This document shows, piece after piece, positions 26,662-37,400 of a DNA stretch of 64,000 bases. The DNA lies in IMG/VR virus record IMGVR_UViG_3300025880_000012, positions 12,928 to 76,927 of that record; one strand, 5' to 3'. The notes below the pieces were generated by a model. It saw only the letters and a program-made list of their open reading frames with translations. It had not been told where the DNA came from and ran no database searches. The translations under genes and the position numbers were made by a program. Source of the DNA: a virus. Numbering within the stretch: position 1 is the first letter of the stretch; every line of letters starts with the position of its first letter.

Positions 26662-29058
26662 CTATTTTGAGCCCCAATACCGCATAAACACTGACTTTAA
26701 GCTATTTCCGTAAGCCATAAAGTGCATAATAAAAGTTTCATTATCAACAAACCTTGGATCGGTATTAAATTTACTCATTGGGAATATTTTTCTATTATTT
26801 CCATGAGGGTCAGATCGTTTAAGGATATCACAAAACACTTCTTGATCTCCTCCGCTAGAATACAGTTCACTTTTATTTCCATGGAAATCTTTCCATTTTT
26901 TTATTAGGTTTTTTGTATACTTGTGATTTTTAAAAATTACAACTCCACTATTTAACATAGAATTATATCCAATATCCTCACAAGCAATTATTTTTTTAAT
27001 TGGAACACACTCACTTAAAATATTTTCAAACTTTTGATTTGGGTTAAAAATGATAGTATCAGAATCCATCCATACAATTGTTTCGTGGTTATCGAAATGA
27101 TTGAGGATAGCATGTGATTTAGACCAGTTTGGGTGAGATTCTTTATCTAGCCTGTCTCTATAAACGTGAAATGTATATCCTTGCTTGAAAGCATAATCGC
27201 GGATACTAATTTCGGATTCAATTGCGTATTCTGATATTTCAGGAGTATATAATGAAACGATACCTATTTTTTGTCCAGGGTTATAGCAAGTGTATTTCTC
27301 TTGAGGCACTTCTCTCTTTGGTAAATTTTTAGCTACAAAATCAAGAAAATTATATTTTTGAAATTTTTGCCATTCATTTTTTAATTTAATGAATTCTTTT
27401 TGCTTAGATGTAACATCATCAAATGATCTGATAATGGGGTAAAAAATACTAAACTTCCTCCAAAATTCAGAACCCAAACAATCACTATTCCAGGGTTTAT
27501 CTTTTCCGATAAAATGTAATACTCCTTGAGTATGTTCCACTACACCATCCCTTTTTAATAAATGAACCCCATTTTCTTGGAGTGTAATGCAGTGCTCTAA
27601 TTTAAAAAGGTTATTGGAGGCACCCTTCAGTTGATCAGGAACGAGTATATTTAATTCGTCGGGCAGTACATCAAAATTACATTTGCAGAATAGATTTATT
27701 ACATCTTGATCTCCTCCAGTCGTTGGAATTTGATAATTATTTTGTCTTTTTTCGTTCAAGCAAAAATCTGTAAATTTTTCTTTTCGAAGTCTTTCTAAAT
27801 TTAAAACAATAACTCCACAATTCCCGAGCACTCGATCTCCAAAACTAAGTGGATTTTTATTCTCAGTCACGGTTCCTTTAGAACCGTTAAATGTTCGCCA
27901 GCCATTCTTAATCTCTGGCCTCAGCGCAATTCCAGAAATATCTGTTTTTATATTATCAAATGCACTTAAATTAACATAAGGAATTGTATCTATATCAAAG
28001 TATATAACCCTATTAACGTCTTGAAGTATCTCCGGCATTTGTAATTTTAAATTTGCCGAGCTTGATATATGACTTATAGATTTCCATGATTGATCGCACT
28101 CAATTATTAACTCTTTCTGCATGTATTTCTTGAAAGTGATATTGTGCTTGTTTACTAAAAATTGCTCTATAAAAGTTAAGTCAGATTCTTCTCCAGAATA
28201 AATAAAATGAATATTAATGTTATTATTTGTATTTTGTTGACACAATGCATTAATTGGATTTATTGCGTACTCTATTAAATTAGAATCGCAACAAAAGCAC
28301 ACATCATAAGTAGAATTAGTTTCTTCAGTAAATTTATCTTCATCAAACCTAATATCGGAATTTTTATCTAATTCTATATTATCATTCTCTTCGTGTAACT
28401 GTCTAGCCATTAATGGATTAAGGTGAAATAATTTATTTGGCGCGGAGAATAATTTATTTTTATTTACAAAATTAATCATAAAGAAATCCAGGGCGCCATC
28501 AAATCCTCTTTGTTCAACCCATTGACACATTAAAGAGGCACATTGTTTCGATATAACGTAAGAGGAAGCATTCATGTGCCAATAGTGATCATCCTTAATG
28601 AAGAAGTCTTGCTTTTTAATATTATTAAAATAATTATTGTATGGTTGTAACACTTTGTGATAACTAGGCTTATTATATGGTTGACAGCCGCCGAGATATA
28701 TCAAGGAGTAATCGCTAGGCATAGAGTGCGACCATACACTATTCCAGAATTTAGTAAAACCTTCCTCAAACACTACATCATCTTCTAATATTAAATAATT
28801 ATCTGCATTTTGATCTTCTACTAACTGCTTCCATAATCTATAATGACTAATTGCACATGCTATTTCTGATTTTTTCTTTTTTAAATATAAATCATCAGGA
28901 AATAGTTTTTTAATTTCCTCCGTGAGCTCTAGGGATTTAGAGTCAATAGCAGGAAACCTTTCTGTAAAAAATGGAGTATTTTTATATATATGATCTAACC
29001 GATCAGTTCGTCTATCGAGATTGATAAAAAAAGATTTAGATATTTTATTTAATTTCAC
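26662..29058 (-). CDS. Triple glycosyltransferase fusion (GT25-GT8-GT34-like)
   Basis: GT25: INLDRRTDR, CAISH, ILEDD. GT8: YFDID, NCGV, DQDVIN, HFIG.KPW. GT34: WSK, WMDSD, LNSGV, DQ, HF. Confidence 0.8.
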   Translation of the reverse strand: MKLNKISKSFFINLDRRTDRLDHIYKNTPFFTERFPAIDSKSLELTEEIKKLFPDDLYLKKKKSEIACAISHYRLWKQLVEDQNADNYLILEDDVVFEEGFTKFWNSVWSHSMPSDYSLIYLGGCQPYNKPSYHKVLQPYNNYFNNIKKQDFFIKDDHYWHMNASSYVISKQCASLMCQWVEQRGFDGALDFFMINFVNKNKLFSAPNKLFHLNPLMARQLHEENDNIELDKNSDIRFDEDKFTEETNSTYDVCFCCDSNLIEYAINPINALCQQNTNNNINIHFIYSGEESDLTFIEQFLVNKHNITFKKYMQKELIIECDQSWKSISHISSSANLKLQMPEILQDVNRVIYFDIDTIPYVNLSAFDNIKTDISGIALRPEIKNGWRTFNGSKGTVTENKNPLSFGDRVLGNCGVIVLNLERLRKEKFTDFCLNEKRQNNYQIPTTGGDQDVINLFCKCNFDVLPDELNILVPDQLKGASNNLFKLEHCITLQENGVHLLKRDGVVEHTQGVLHFIGKDKPWNSDCLGSEFWRKFSIFYPIIRSFDDVTSKQKEFIKLKNEWQKFQKYNFLDFVAKNLPKREVPQEKYTCYNPGQKIGIVSLYTPEISEYAIESEISIRDYAFKQGYTFHVYRDRLDKESHPNWSKSHAILNHFDNHETIVWMDSDTIIFNPNQKFENILSECVPIKKIIACEDIGYNSMLNSGVVIFKNHKYTKNLIKKWKDFHGNKSELYSSGGDQEVFCDILKRSDPHGNNRKIFPMSKFNTDPRFVDNETFIMHFMAYGNSLKSVFMRYWGSK

Positions 29059-30158
29059 TTATTCTCTAACAACAATTGATATTGATTCAATATAGAAGTT
29101 TGATACGGACTGTATTTAGCGACAAACTCCCTACCTCTTTGTGTATATTCATCATGGACTTTTTCATGATTTAGTATTGCATTCTTTAACTGTTTAGCTC
29201 CCATATCCACATTAAAGTCAGGATAATAGTAACCTTCATTCATTAATGTTTTTGAGTTATGTACGAGAGGTAGCCCCATATAAAGAGCCTCAAAATGCGC
29301 ATAATTTAAATCGTTATCATACTGATGAGAGACAATTGTTCCGCCGAATTTAGAAAAAGCATCTAGACTGCACCAGCGATTATTAAAGAAAGTGAATTGT
29401 CCCCTGCTGACAATTTCATATCTTGACATATGAACCTTGAAAAAAGTATTCTCTCTAACTTTTTCTGTGCAATAAATATTGACTTTTGACAATTCGTTAG
29501 GAAAGAGTGTTTCAAATTTTTGGGCAATACAAAAAGGAATCAGGAAATGCTTATTAACTAATGTATTCGATTCAAAGATTTGAACAGAATTTACTGTTTC
29601 AGGTTTAAAAAATGGGTCGCCCCCTCGCTTTTTTATCTCGTCAATTTTATCTTGAATAAAGTATGTGTCCCACACATATGGAGCAACTTTAACATTTTCA
29701 TTATCATAATGAACCTTAACATACTCTGAACCAAAATCATGGTGAGGAGATACCCAAATCGCATCTAAAACTTTACCAATATCAGTCGAATTAGCTTCCA
29801 CATTATCGTCTTCTGGAGGATGTAAGATTCCTCTCAAGTCAAACATTACCTTATTGCCTAATTGTAATAAAAATATTTTTGAATTTTTTCTCCTTCTCTT
29901 TAATTCAATTAAGGTTTTAGTGTGAACTTCAAATCCAGCCAAAATAATAACATCAAAACTTTCAGATTGGTCGTTTACGACATCCGAAAGCATCATATAT
30001 TTATGATTAAAATTTAATTTTCTGTTTGGTTTTTCTCTCGTTAAATAATAGACTTCGTGCCCCAATCTAAAAAATATATCATAAATAAACTTAACATTCT
30101 GATTAAGTCCATTAGACCAAAAACTATTAGCTAGATTAAGAGTGATTCCAATTTTCAT
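29055..30158 (-). CDS. DUF2827-like protein (putative glycosyltransferase)
   Basis: FWSNGLNQN, WVSPH, PYVW, IVSHQ..NDLNY..EALY.GLPLVHNS...GYYYP. Confidence 0.65.
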   Translation of the reverse strand: MKIGITLNLANSFWSNGLNQNVKFIYDIFFRLGHEVYYLTREKPNRKLNFNHKYMMLSDVVNDQSESFDVIILAGFEVHTKTLIELKRRRKNSKIFLLQLGNKVMFDLRGILHPPEDDNVEANSTDIGKVLDAIWVSPHHDFGSEYVKVHYDNENVKVAPYVWDTYFIQDKIDEIKKRGGDPFFKPETVNSVQIFESNTLVNKHFLIPFCIAQKFETLFPNELSKVNIYCTEKVRENTFFKVHMSRYEIVSRGQFTFFNNRWCSLDAFSKFGGTIVSHQYDNDLNYAHFEALYMGLPLVHNSKTLMNEGYYYPDFNVDMGAKQLKNAILNHEKVHDEYTQRGREFVAKYSPYQTSILNQYQLLLENK

Positions 30159-31192
30159 GAAAGCAACTTTCTATATTGCTCTCGAACACGGTCATTGTCA
30201 GGAGAAAATTTATGTAATACGTTTTTAGCTGCCGACCTATATGTATCTATATTGTCGTCGTGAAATTTTAAAGCTCTAATTAATTGTTCTGCGCCAGTAT
30301 TAATATCATAACCAGGGTAAAAATAACCAACCTCTTTAATGTCAAAAGAATTATGTATGAGAGGTATATCTAAATATAAAGCCTCAAGGTATACATAATT
30401 TAAAGAATTTAAAATTTGATGGGAAACGATAACATTAGATGTATCAAATATATCTTTCATTGAAATTCTATCGCCAAAAAATGATTTATTGTGCTTGACT
30501 ATATCTAGTTTTGACATCAAACTTCTAAAGTATAACTTTTCTCTAAATTTAGCAGAACAATAAACTTGTAGATTATGTATTAAGTGGGGTTCTTGTTTGT
30601 AGGTCGCCTCGACTAGATAGATAGGAATTAAACAATTTTTAGTCATGTTAAGATTGGGCTCCATGATGCCAATGTTTTTGTCTTGACCGGGTTGATATCT
30701 TTGCGACGAATCCATGTATTTAGGGCTCCATATATAAGGAATATTGAAGACTTTTTGTGTATTGTAAAAAGTTTGTAAATACGGTATAGAAAAAGAATAA
30801 TGAGGAGACACCCAAACTTCGTCAATATTATCTGTATTTAATGCAACTTTATCCGTCGAGTCACAAAACTCGATATCAGTCATCAATCTATTACCATAAT
30901 GCACATGAACATGCCTACATCTTGGATTTTTACTTTTTGCGATATCAATCGTTTCTTTTTTTAATAACGATCCAGTTTGTAATACATAATCAAATTCATA
31001 GTCACCAATTTCATGTTCCTCCATGATTAAAATATCCAAAGGAGGGTCGACACATTCTTCTACATCATGATTCACGCAAATAGAAACATTATAACCCATA
31101 TCCTTGAGCATCTCCGCCAAGAATACTATATTTTGATTTAATCCATTTACGAACAAACTTCTATTAAAAGTCGCAGTTAATAATATATTCAT
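30155..31192 (-). CDS. DUF2827-like protein, paralog 2
   Basis: Same motifs. Start placed at ATG 31192 (MNILL), which aligns with MKIGI of its paralog and lies 10 nt from a GTGTA motif. Confidence 0.65.
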   Translation of the reverse strand: MNILLTATFNRSLFVNGLNQNIVFLAEMLKDMGYNVSICVNHDVEECVDPPLDILIMEEHEIGDYEFDYVLQTGSLLKKETIDIAKSKNPRCRHVHVHYGNRLMTDIEFCDSTDKVALNTDNIDEVWVSPHYSFSIPYLQTFYNTQKVFNIPYIWSPKYMDSSQRYQPGQDKNIGIMEPNLNMTKNCLIPIYLVEATYKQEPHLIHNLQVYCSAKFREKLYFRSLMSKLDIVKHNKSFFGDRISMKDIFDTSNVIVSHQILNSLNYVYLEALYLDIPLIHNSFDIKEVGYFYPGYDINTGAEQLIRALKFHDDNIDTYRSAAKNVLHKFSPDNDRVREQYRKLLS

Positions 31193-31202
31193 TAGTATAA
31201 TA

Positions 31203-31207
31203 TACAC
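31203..31207 (-). promoter_or_regulatory. GTGTA motif 10 nt before ATG 31192
   Basis: Minus strand AAAATATTTCCCCCC-ATCATTCATTG-GTGTA TATTATACTA ATG. Confidence 0.55.
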
Positions 31208-31231
31208 CAATGAATGATGGGGGGAAATATT

Positions 31232-31633
31232 TTAGAAATTATTTATATCTTCTTGCTTTTGCCATTCGTTGAATTTATGTTTTAATTCGAAATATTTATT
31301 TTGAACATATTGAAAGTAACCTAATTCGCTAAAATCACATTGATCTACCATTTTTTGCAATGTATGTTCGACTACATTTAATATTGAAATTTTAGTTTGA
31401 TGTCTAGATTCAAATGATTGAATGTTTGAATATATACCCTGAATGTGTTTTTTAATTAAATTAATATCATTGTTTAATTCTGGATGCTCCTTTTGAATAA
31501 ATTTAGCAAATATCTGCAGAGACCCCTCTTCTAGTTCTGAAATATTACCAAGAAGTTCCTTTAAGAATTTTTGTTCTTGTAGATAAGTGAAGTATATATT
31601 TTTATGGGAAGTTTGATTTAACTCTTTAAACAT
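31232..31633 (-). CDS. Hypothetical helical protein
   Basis: Fills the gap in the operon; no motif recognised; start uncertain (31633 or 31639). Confidence 0.55.
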   Translation of the reverse strand: MFKELNQTSHKNIYFTYLQEQKFLKELLGNISELEEGSLQIFAKFIQKEHPELNNDINLIKKHIQGIYSNIQSFESRHQTKISILNVVEHTLQKMVDQCDFSELGYFQYVQNKYFELKHKFNEWQKQEDINNF

Positions 31634-31640
31634 AATCAAT

Positions 31641-34418
31641 TTAATTAGGAGTAACTGTAGGTGTTAAACTAGAGGTTGGCGTGATGCTGGTTGTTATTGA
31701 TGGTGTAACTGTAGGTGTTAAACTAGAGGTTGGCGTGATACTGGTTGTTATTGATGGTGTAACTGTAGGTGTTAAACTAGAGGTTGGCGTGATGCTGGTT
31801 GTTATTGATGGTGTAACTGTAGGTGTTAAACTAGAGGTTGGCGTGATGCTGGTTGTTATTGATGGTGTAACTGTAGGTGTTAAACTAGAGGTTGGCGTGA
31901 TGCTGGTTGTTATTGATGGTGTAACTGTAGGTGTTAAACTAGAGGTTGGCGTGATACTGGTTGTTATTGATGGTGTAACTGTAGGTGTAGGAGTAGGACT
32001 AGGACTAGGACTAGGACTTGGTTGAATCGATAAAACTTTTTTGTCTGTATCTGTAATCATTAAATCTAGAAAGTATCCAGATTGCGGGATAACATTTGAA
32101 AATTTAACATGGACCTGATTACTGGTTGGTACGGAATATATGCTGGCGGTAATAAAATTACTATCTATATTGGGAAGAATAATAGATGGATCAACGAAAG
32201 GAGAGCCAGTAAAATTTAAACTAGCATAATCAATAGATACATTATCCATTCCAGAGCTAAGAGGTAATCGAGACGTATAAATCTTTTGAGAGTTTAACTG
32301 ATCTAAAATATTATTGTAAGTATAATCTACGTAACTAACAGTTGACGCATGATCTTGAGAACCCGAATGGTCGTATAAAATAACCTTATGACCACTAGTT
32401 ACATAAATATCGCTATCAAATGTTTTTTGGCCAAAAATAGTTTGAGTGGTATTAGTATTAACTAATTCATTTTCTAATAAATAATTTATGTCATTTACAT
32501 TTCCTTCGATCACATCTTGGCGATGTACGTCTACATTTACAATAGAATCATTATTAAAATGAAATAACTCAAAAACTCCGGAGCCGGTCTGAAAAGCATT
32601 ATAAGGTTCAAAATGATACATATAATACTGACCACTAATATAAGATCCTGAATAATCGTTTCCTTCAACATTGTAACGTTGATTTCTCTGAATGGTGTCG
32701 TCTGTATATAAAAGATGATTACCCAGGGTAGTCTCTCGATGAGGGTAGCTTTTGTATTCACTAAAAGAGAAGTTTGAGTTTATTGAAGAGCTAAAATTAC
32801 CAGAAATAGGAACTGCTACACCTTTATGTCTCTCCCTAATTCCAACTATATTATGTACAAGATTTGAATTTTTAAGAGTATAAGAAATTGTGTCTTGAGG
32901 GGAAACTTCTACATTAAAATTAATGTTTAACTCAGGAGGTAAAACTTCACCTTCAATATTTCCAGATTCGTAAATAATAGATTCATCTAATGCATTGACA
33001 AATTTAAAATCGTAATTAGCATAACCTGAGTAAGCTATTATACTATCTCCATGATAGTCAAGAAAGCTAGTATCATTTTGGCCTGAGTAAATTAATTTGA
33101 CTAACCCGGTATTTTCAATACTGGGTGAAGTTTCGAAAGAAAGTTCTGAGTAACCATGGAAGTAATCAAAAGTTAAATTTTTCTCAGATATGCTTGGTAG
33201 AGGTATTGTGATCTGGCGAGTTAAATAATCTTCAAGAGAATTCGATCCACTTTCATGCAATGCAATAGTAGAATAAAATATATCATGTTCTCCAGTTCTA
33301 TTATGGAAAAATTCAAATTCGAGGCTACTTAATGAATCAAGTGTTCCAGTAAAATAAGAGTGTTCTGAAAAAGCTAAAGATTTATCTGAGTCAATTGATA
33401 TTAATCCATATGAACCTATATCATTCAAATTAGAAAAAGTAAAGTTATTATAAATATATTGATCGTCGCTAGATAATGTAAAATTAGTTATATGATTTGA
33501 CTGGCCAGCAGAGTCAATGCTAACTTGGTTTACATAGTATAAAGATTTATTATATGCATAATTTAGCCCACTGCCATTCCAATTATAGGGAGTTACTTCA
33601 AGAAAGCCAGATTGACCTGTGGGGTAATCTATATTGAATTTTTTTGTAGTTGATATGCCAGTAATGAAAGGGTTAGTATGATCAACATTATCGCTAACAC
33701 TGTAGAGATAACCGGAAACATTGTTTAATGAAGTTGATAAAGAAATAGATAGATCCACATAGCCATCACTATAACCCTCAAAACTGTGAGCACAACTTTC
33801 AATAAATGGAGGATAATTATTAAATTGAATAAATCCAGTAGTCGAATGATTGTGAACATCCTTCAGAATAAATTCACCAGATATAAAGTGCTCAGAATAA
33901 ATGTTCTCAAAATCAATTTCATTACCAAAAGATACTCCAGAAAACAAAGTTTGATCATTAGCAATAAAACGATAATCAATCGACGTAAATAAAGGTTCTT
34001 CATTCAAGTTTTCAATAATTTCGCCATCTCTGACATTTTTAATGGATAGAGATATATTATTCAGTCTATTTAAGTAATCTATCTCACTGTAATAATATAA
34101 TCCATTTTTATAAAAACTTACAGGAGAGTCATTAAAGTCAAAACCAACAAAGACATCGAAATTATTAAGTTCGCCGAAATTTGATACAGGCACAGACTTA
34201 ATCTCACTAGAATAGTGTGCAGGGGTAATCAGAAAATCATCAATATAACCATAAACATTAACATACATACTATCACCCTCAGACAAACCTGATCCAGTAT
34301 AATAGTTATTATATGATGTTATATTTTGATATATAGAATCATTAAGGTAGCTTTGAATATTATACCTAGAGTAAGGTTCAGGGGGCCATGTGAAGCTAAT
34401 ATATCCAGTGGGTTCCAT
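31641..34418 (-). CDS. Tail-tip-associated protein: FN3/Ig-like domains, fibre motif, shared tip domain and Pro-Thr-Ser tail
   Basis: Follows J; YISFTW..RYNI FN3-like start; EVTPYN..GSG; QTIFGQKTF; C-terminal [18 protein letters not shown] x6. Confidence 0.6.
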   Translation of the reverse strand: MEPTGYISFTWPPEPYSRYNIQSYLNDSIYQNITSYNNYYTGSGLSEGDSMYVNVYGYIDDFLITPAHYSSEIKSVPVSNFGELNNFDVFVGFDFNDSPVSFYKNGLYYYSEIDYLNRLNNISLSIKNVRDGEIIENLNEEPLFTSIDYRFIANDQTLFSGVSFGNEIDFENIYSEHFISGEFILKDVHNHSTTGFIQFNNYPPFIESCAHSFEGYSDGYVDLSISLSTSLNNVSGYLYSVSDNVDHTNPFITGISTTKKFNIDYPTGQSGFLEVTPYNWNGSGLNYAYNKSLYYVNQVSIDSAGQSNHITNFTLSSDDQYIYNNFTFSNLNDIGSYGLISIDSDKSLAFSEHSYFTGTLDSLSSLEFEFFHNRTGEHDIFYSTIALHESGSNSLEDYLTRQITIPLPSISEKNLTFDYFHGYSELSFETSPSIENTGLVKLIYSGQNDTSFLDYHGDSIIAYSGYANYDFKFVNALDESIIYESGNIEGEVLPPELNINFNVEVSPQDTISYTLKNSNLVHNIVGIRERHKGVAVPISGNFSSSINSNFSFSEYKSYPHRETTLGNHLLYTDDTIQRNQRYNVEGNDYSGSYISGQYYMYHFEPYNAFQTGSGVFELFHFNNDSIVNVDVHRQDVIEGNVNDINYLLENELVNTNTTQTIFGQKTFDSDIYVTSGHKVILYDHSGSQDHASTVSYVDYTYNNILDQLNSQKIYTSRLPLSSGMDNVSIDYASLNFTGSPFVDPSIILPNIDSNFITASIYSVPTSNQVHVKFSNVIPQSGYFLDLMITDTDKKVLSIQPSPSPSPSPTPTPTVTPSITTSITPTSSLTPTVTPSITTSITPTSSLTPTVTPSITTSITPTSSLTPTVTPSITTSITPTSSLTPTVTPSITTSITPTSSLTPTVTPSITTSITPTSSLTPTVTPN
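31651..31988 (-). repeat. 54-nt tandem repeat, 6 near-perfect copies plus a partial (mucin-like 18-aa unit)
   Basis: GTAACTGTAGGTGTTAAACTAGAGGTTGGCGTGAT... at 31651, 31705, 31759, 31813, 31867 and 31921. Confidence 0.95.
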
Positions 34419-34433
34419 GATGATATTATAAAA

Positions 34434-37400
34434 CTATACTTCAATTAAATCAAATTTATCAGGATTGTATTCAATTGCAATCACTTCAAACTTTAGGCCA
34501 TTAATTTCTTTCAAATTTTTGATTTGATATTGCATTGGAGCAATTTCAGAATTGTTAACTTCTTTGATCATCCAGGTGAATCCAGGTCGAATACTGCTGT
34601 CAATTGCATTCTTCAAATTAATACTAAAAACAGAACTAGTAGATTGTACTTCATGATTTTCGAACTGTGGTGATCTATCATCAGCCATTTCTCCTTCGTC
34701 TGTTAAACATTGAATAGATAAAGATTTCAACCCACTCGGCAGAGTAGAAACAGGGATGTCAATTTCGATTGTTTTTCTATTCGAGCTAATTTTTAATATT
34801 TTACCAGAAGATTGCTTAGGGAGTTTGTTATTATCAATTACATTAATAACATCGCCAATTCTTAAATAAGATGCAGGTAAACCAGTTTCAAACTGAATTA
34901 TTTCTTTTTGCATGTGAGTCGTTAATACTTTGCTTCTAGCCAAACGCAGAGCTTCTCCTTTTCGAGTGATAGAAATACCAGCAAGTTTAACGTGCACATA
35001 ACCTACTTCAGAGATACTTTCATTGTCTTCAAAGTACTCACTTTTCAACCTATACTCATCACGTTCATCTAGATAATCTACCGTACAAGCCGAAAGTCTT
35101 TCTGTTTTAGGTGTACTCGAGTAACTAAAGCCAGATTCAGTGACATTTGAATTGTTGAATATCATAATGGGATCTCTTTTTAAATCATCAGATATATAAA
35201 TTTTCCCACCACTAAAGTTTAGTGTAGCATTATATAGATTTAGTAAACTTTTAATATACTCATAAGCTGGTTTTTGTTGGTCAATATATAGGTTGCACAT
35301 AAACCTTCTTTCTTTATAAGTCCTACTTTCCAAAGTAGTTGTAACTGGTTCATCAGCTAATTTTGAAAAACGTAAAAAAGAAAACTCGTCAATATCTTCT
35401 TTCTTGATTCCATATTTACCTAATCCATAAATTGGATTAATTAATAAATCATATATAACCCATGCTGGGTTACTAGTCCATTCTAGTGAATCTTTGAAGA
35501 AGTCAGTGTCATCAACATGAATTCCATATGTGCCAGTGCTTGCATCATAAAACGAAGGAATATTGACAAGTTTACCTTTTACAACAAATTCTCTTTTAGG
35601 TATGTCTGGTAAGTCTTTAGAGTTAGTTCTCATTGCAAATAATGCTGTATTGGGATATGAGAAATACCCTCCTATATATTCAGTTGCAGCAAATAATTCA
35701 GTATCCATCTTAAATCGAGCTTCCATTATTCCATATTGAACAGGGTCCATCTCCCTGGTAAGCCTATAAACTTTGATAACTCTTTTTTTAATATTTTTGG
35801 GATCACTTTTGTGATCTAATTCTGGGAAGTTTTTAATATATACATCTTTTATAAAGGGGGATGTTGAACATCCAGATGCAGTAAATGTATAGCTTTTCCA
35901 ATTCTCGGGAGGATCTCCTTCTATACCGTATTCTATTTTGAACATTATTTTAGCAGGCCAAATTTCACCGCTGTTTTTAATTATGTTACCAACCTTAAAG
36001 CATAAAAAGCTAGGACAAGGAACTTTACTAGCTATAGCAAAGCCAAGTACTCCCCCAATTAACTGCAAGCCAAATGCCATAAGTTCACCAGCAAATTCAG
36101 AAGTTTTAGATATCTTGCTAGCATGAGATAAACTTGGTGCATTAACTCCAAAACCAGGTCCACCAGTTACAGCTGTACCACAAGCGGGACCAGTGTTACC
36201 CGCATTCGTTTGAGCTTGAGGGTCAGGAGCTAAACCTCCAAGCATTTCGATTAACTTGCCAGTACCAATATAACCCAAAATAGCTCCAATTATTGGCATT
36301 AAATTTAAGGTTACTATTTCTTCATCTCCTTCATAAATATAATGCAATTCATTAATTTTAAATGACAAAGCCACCATAGATATATCAGGGTTAGAGACTG
36401 TATGAGTATAGTAGTAGTCGCGCTCCCCATGATTTCTAGGGCCATACAAAGGGTAGTTTATTACTTTAGTTTGTGCGGGCAGCCTAAATTCTTCATTTTC
36501 TAATAATGGTTTTTTAAGCTGTTCGGGTAATGCAGCTAACACTGTGCTGTTCAAATTATTAATGTCAGACATTTTACTTTGATTGCCATTTTGAAAGAAA
36601 CCGCACGAAATATTAAAATCTAGTTTTGAAAAATTAAATCTTCCAGTATGATCTCTAATAGGTGTGTCATTGAGAAACACACTGTACGCCCAAGAAAAAG
36701 AATCAAGTTCAGTAGAAGTGTCAGCCGTAATAGAATTGGAAGTAATTCGAGTAGTAAATGAGAGGTCTATATCTTTATCTTCTATACCGTATCCGGAAGC
36801 AGTATGATTTGGGTCAATAGTTAACTTGGTTATTGCTCCATCTGAATTTGTAGATATAAAAAACCTAATTTCACTAGACTCATCTTCAAATGGCAAATCA
36901 TCAAAAAGATTACCAATCTCAAAATCCCTCGAAAAACCCATCCCTGGGCGTAGCATCTGAATTCTAGAGAGCTTGCCGAAATTATCACCTTTAAGAGAAT
37001 CGGCGGAGATATTAAGAATGAGATCTTGCTTCATCATATTGCATCCTGGCCAAAGAAGGCGTGAGTCATTATTAGGAGCTGAATTGGAAAATGATAGATC
37101 GGATTCGTTAAAAAAACCTAATTGAGCATTTGCTCGGTATTTAGTCCTAGATGAAAACCCAGAAGAATAATTCAACTGCGCAGAAGTTACAGCTCCTATA
37201 TTTGTGTCCTGAAATAGAACTCCATTTAATAAAGATAATTCTGACTGAGCCATAATTAAATGAACACATAATTCATCTTGATCATGAGTAATATCATTAA
37301 ATGAAGCTAACTGGTAACCTGGGTCAACAACTTTAATTGAATCAATAGCACCCAGTTCATCAGTAAGAACCAGTGCTTTAAAGCAGCTTAATTCTAATTG

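Noticed and set aside
31681-32025. 114-aa plus-strand repeat ORF
   Set aside because: Antisense shadow of the 54-nt repeats in 31641..34418.
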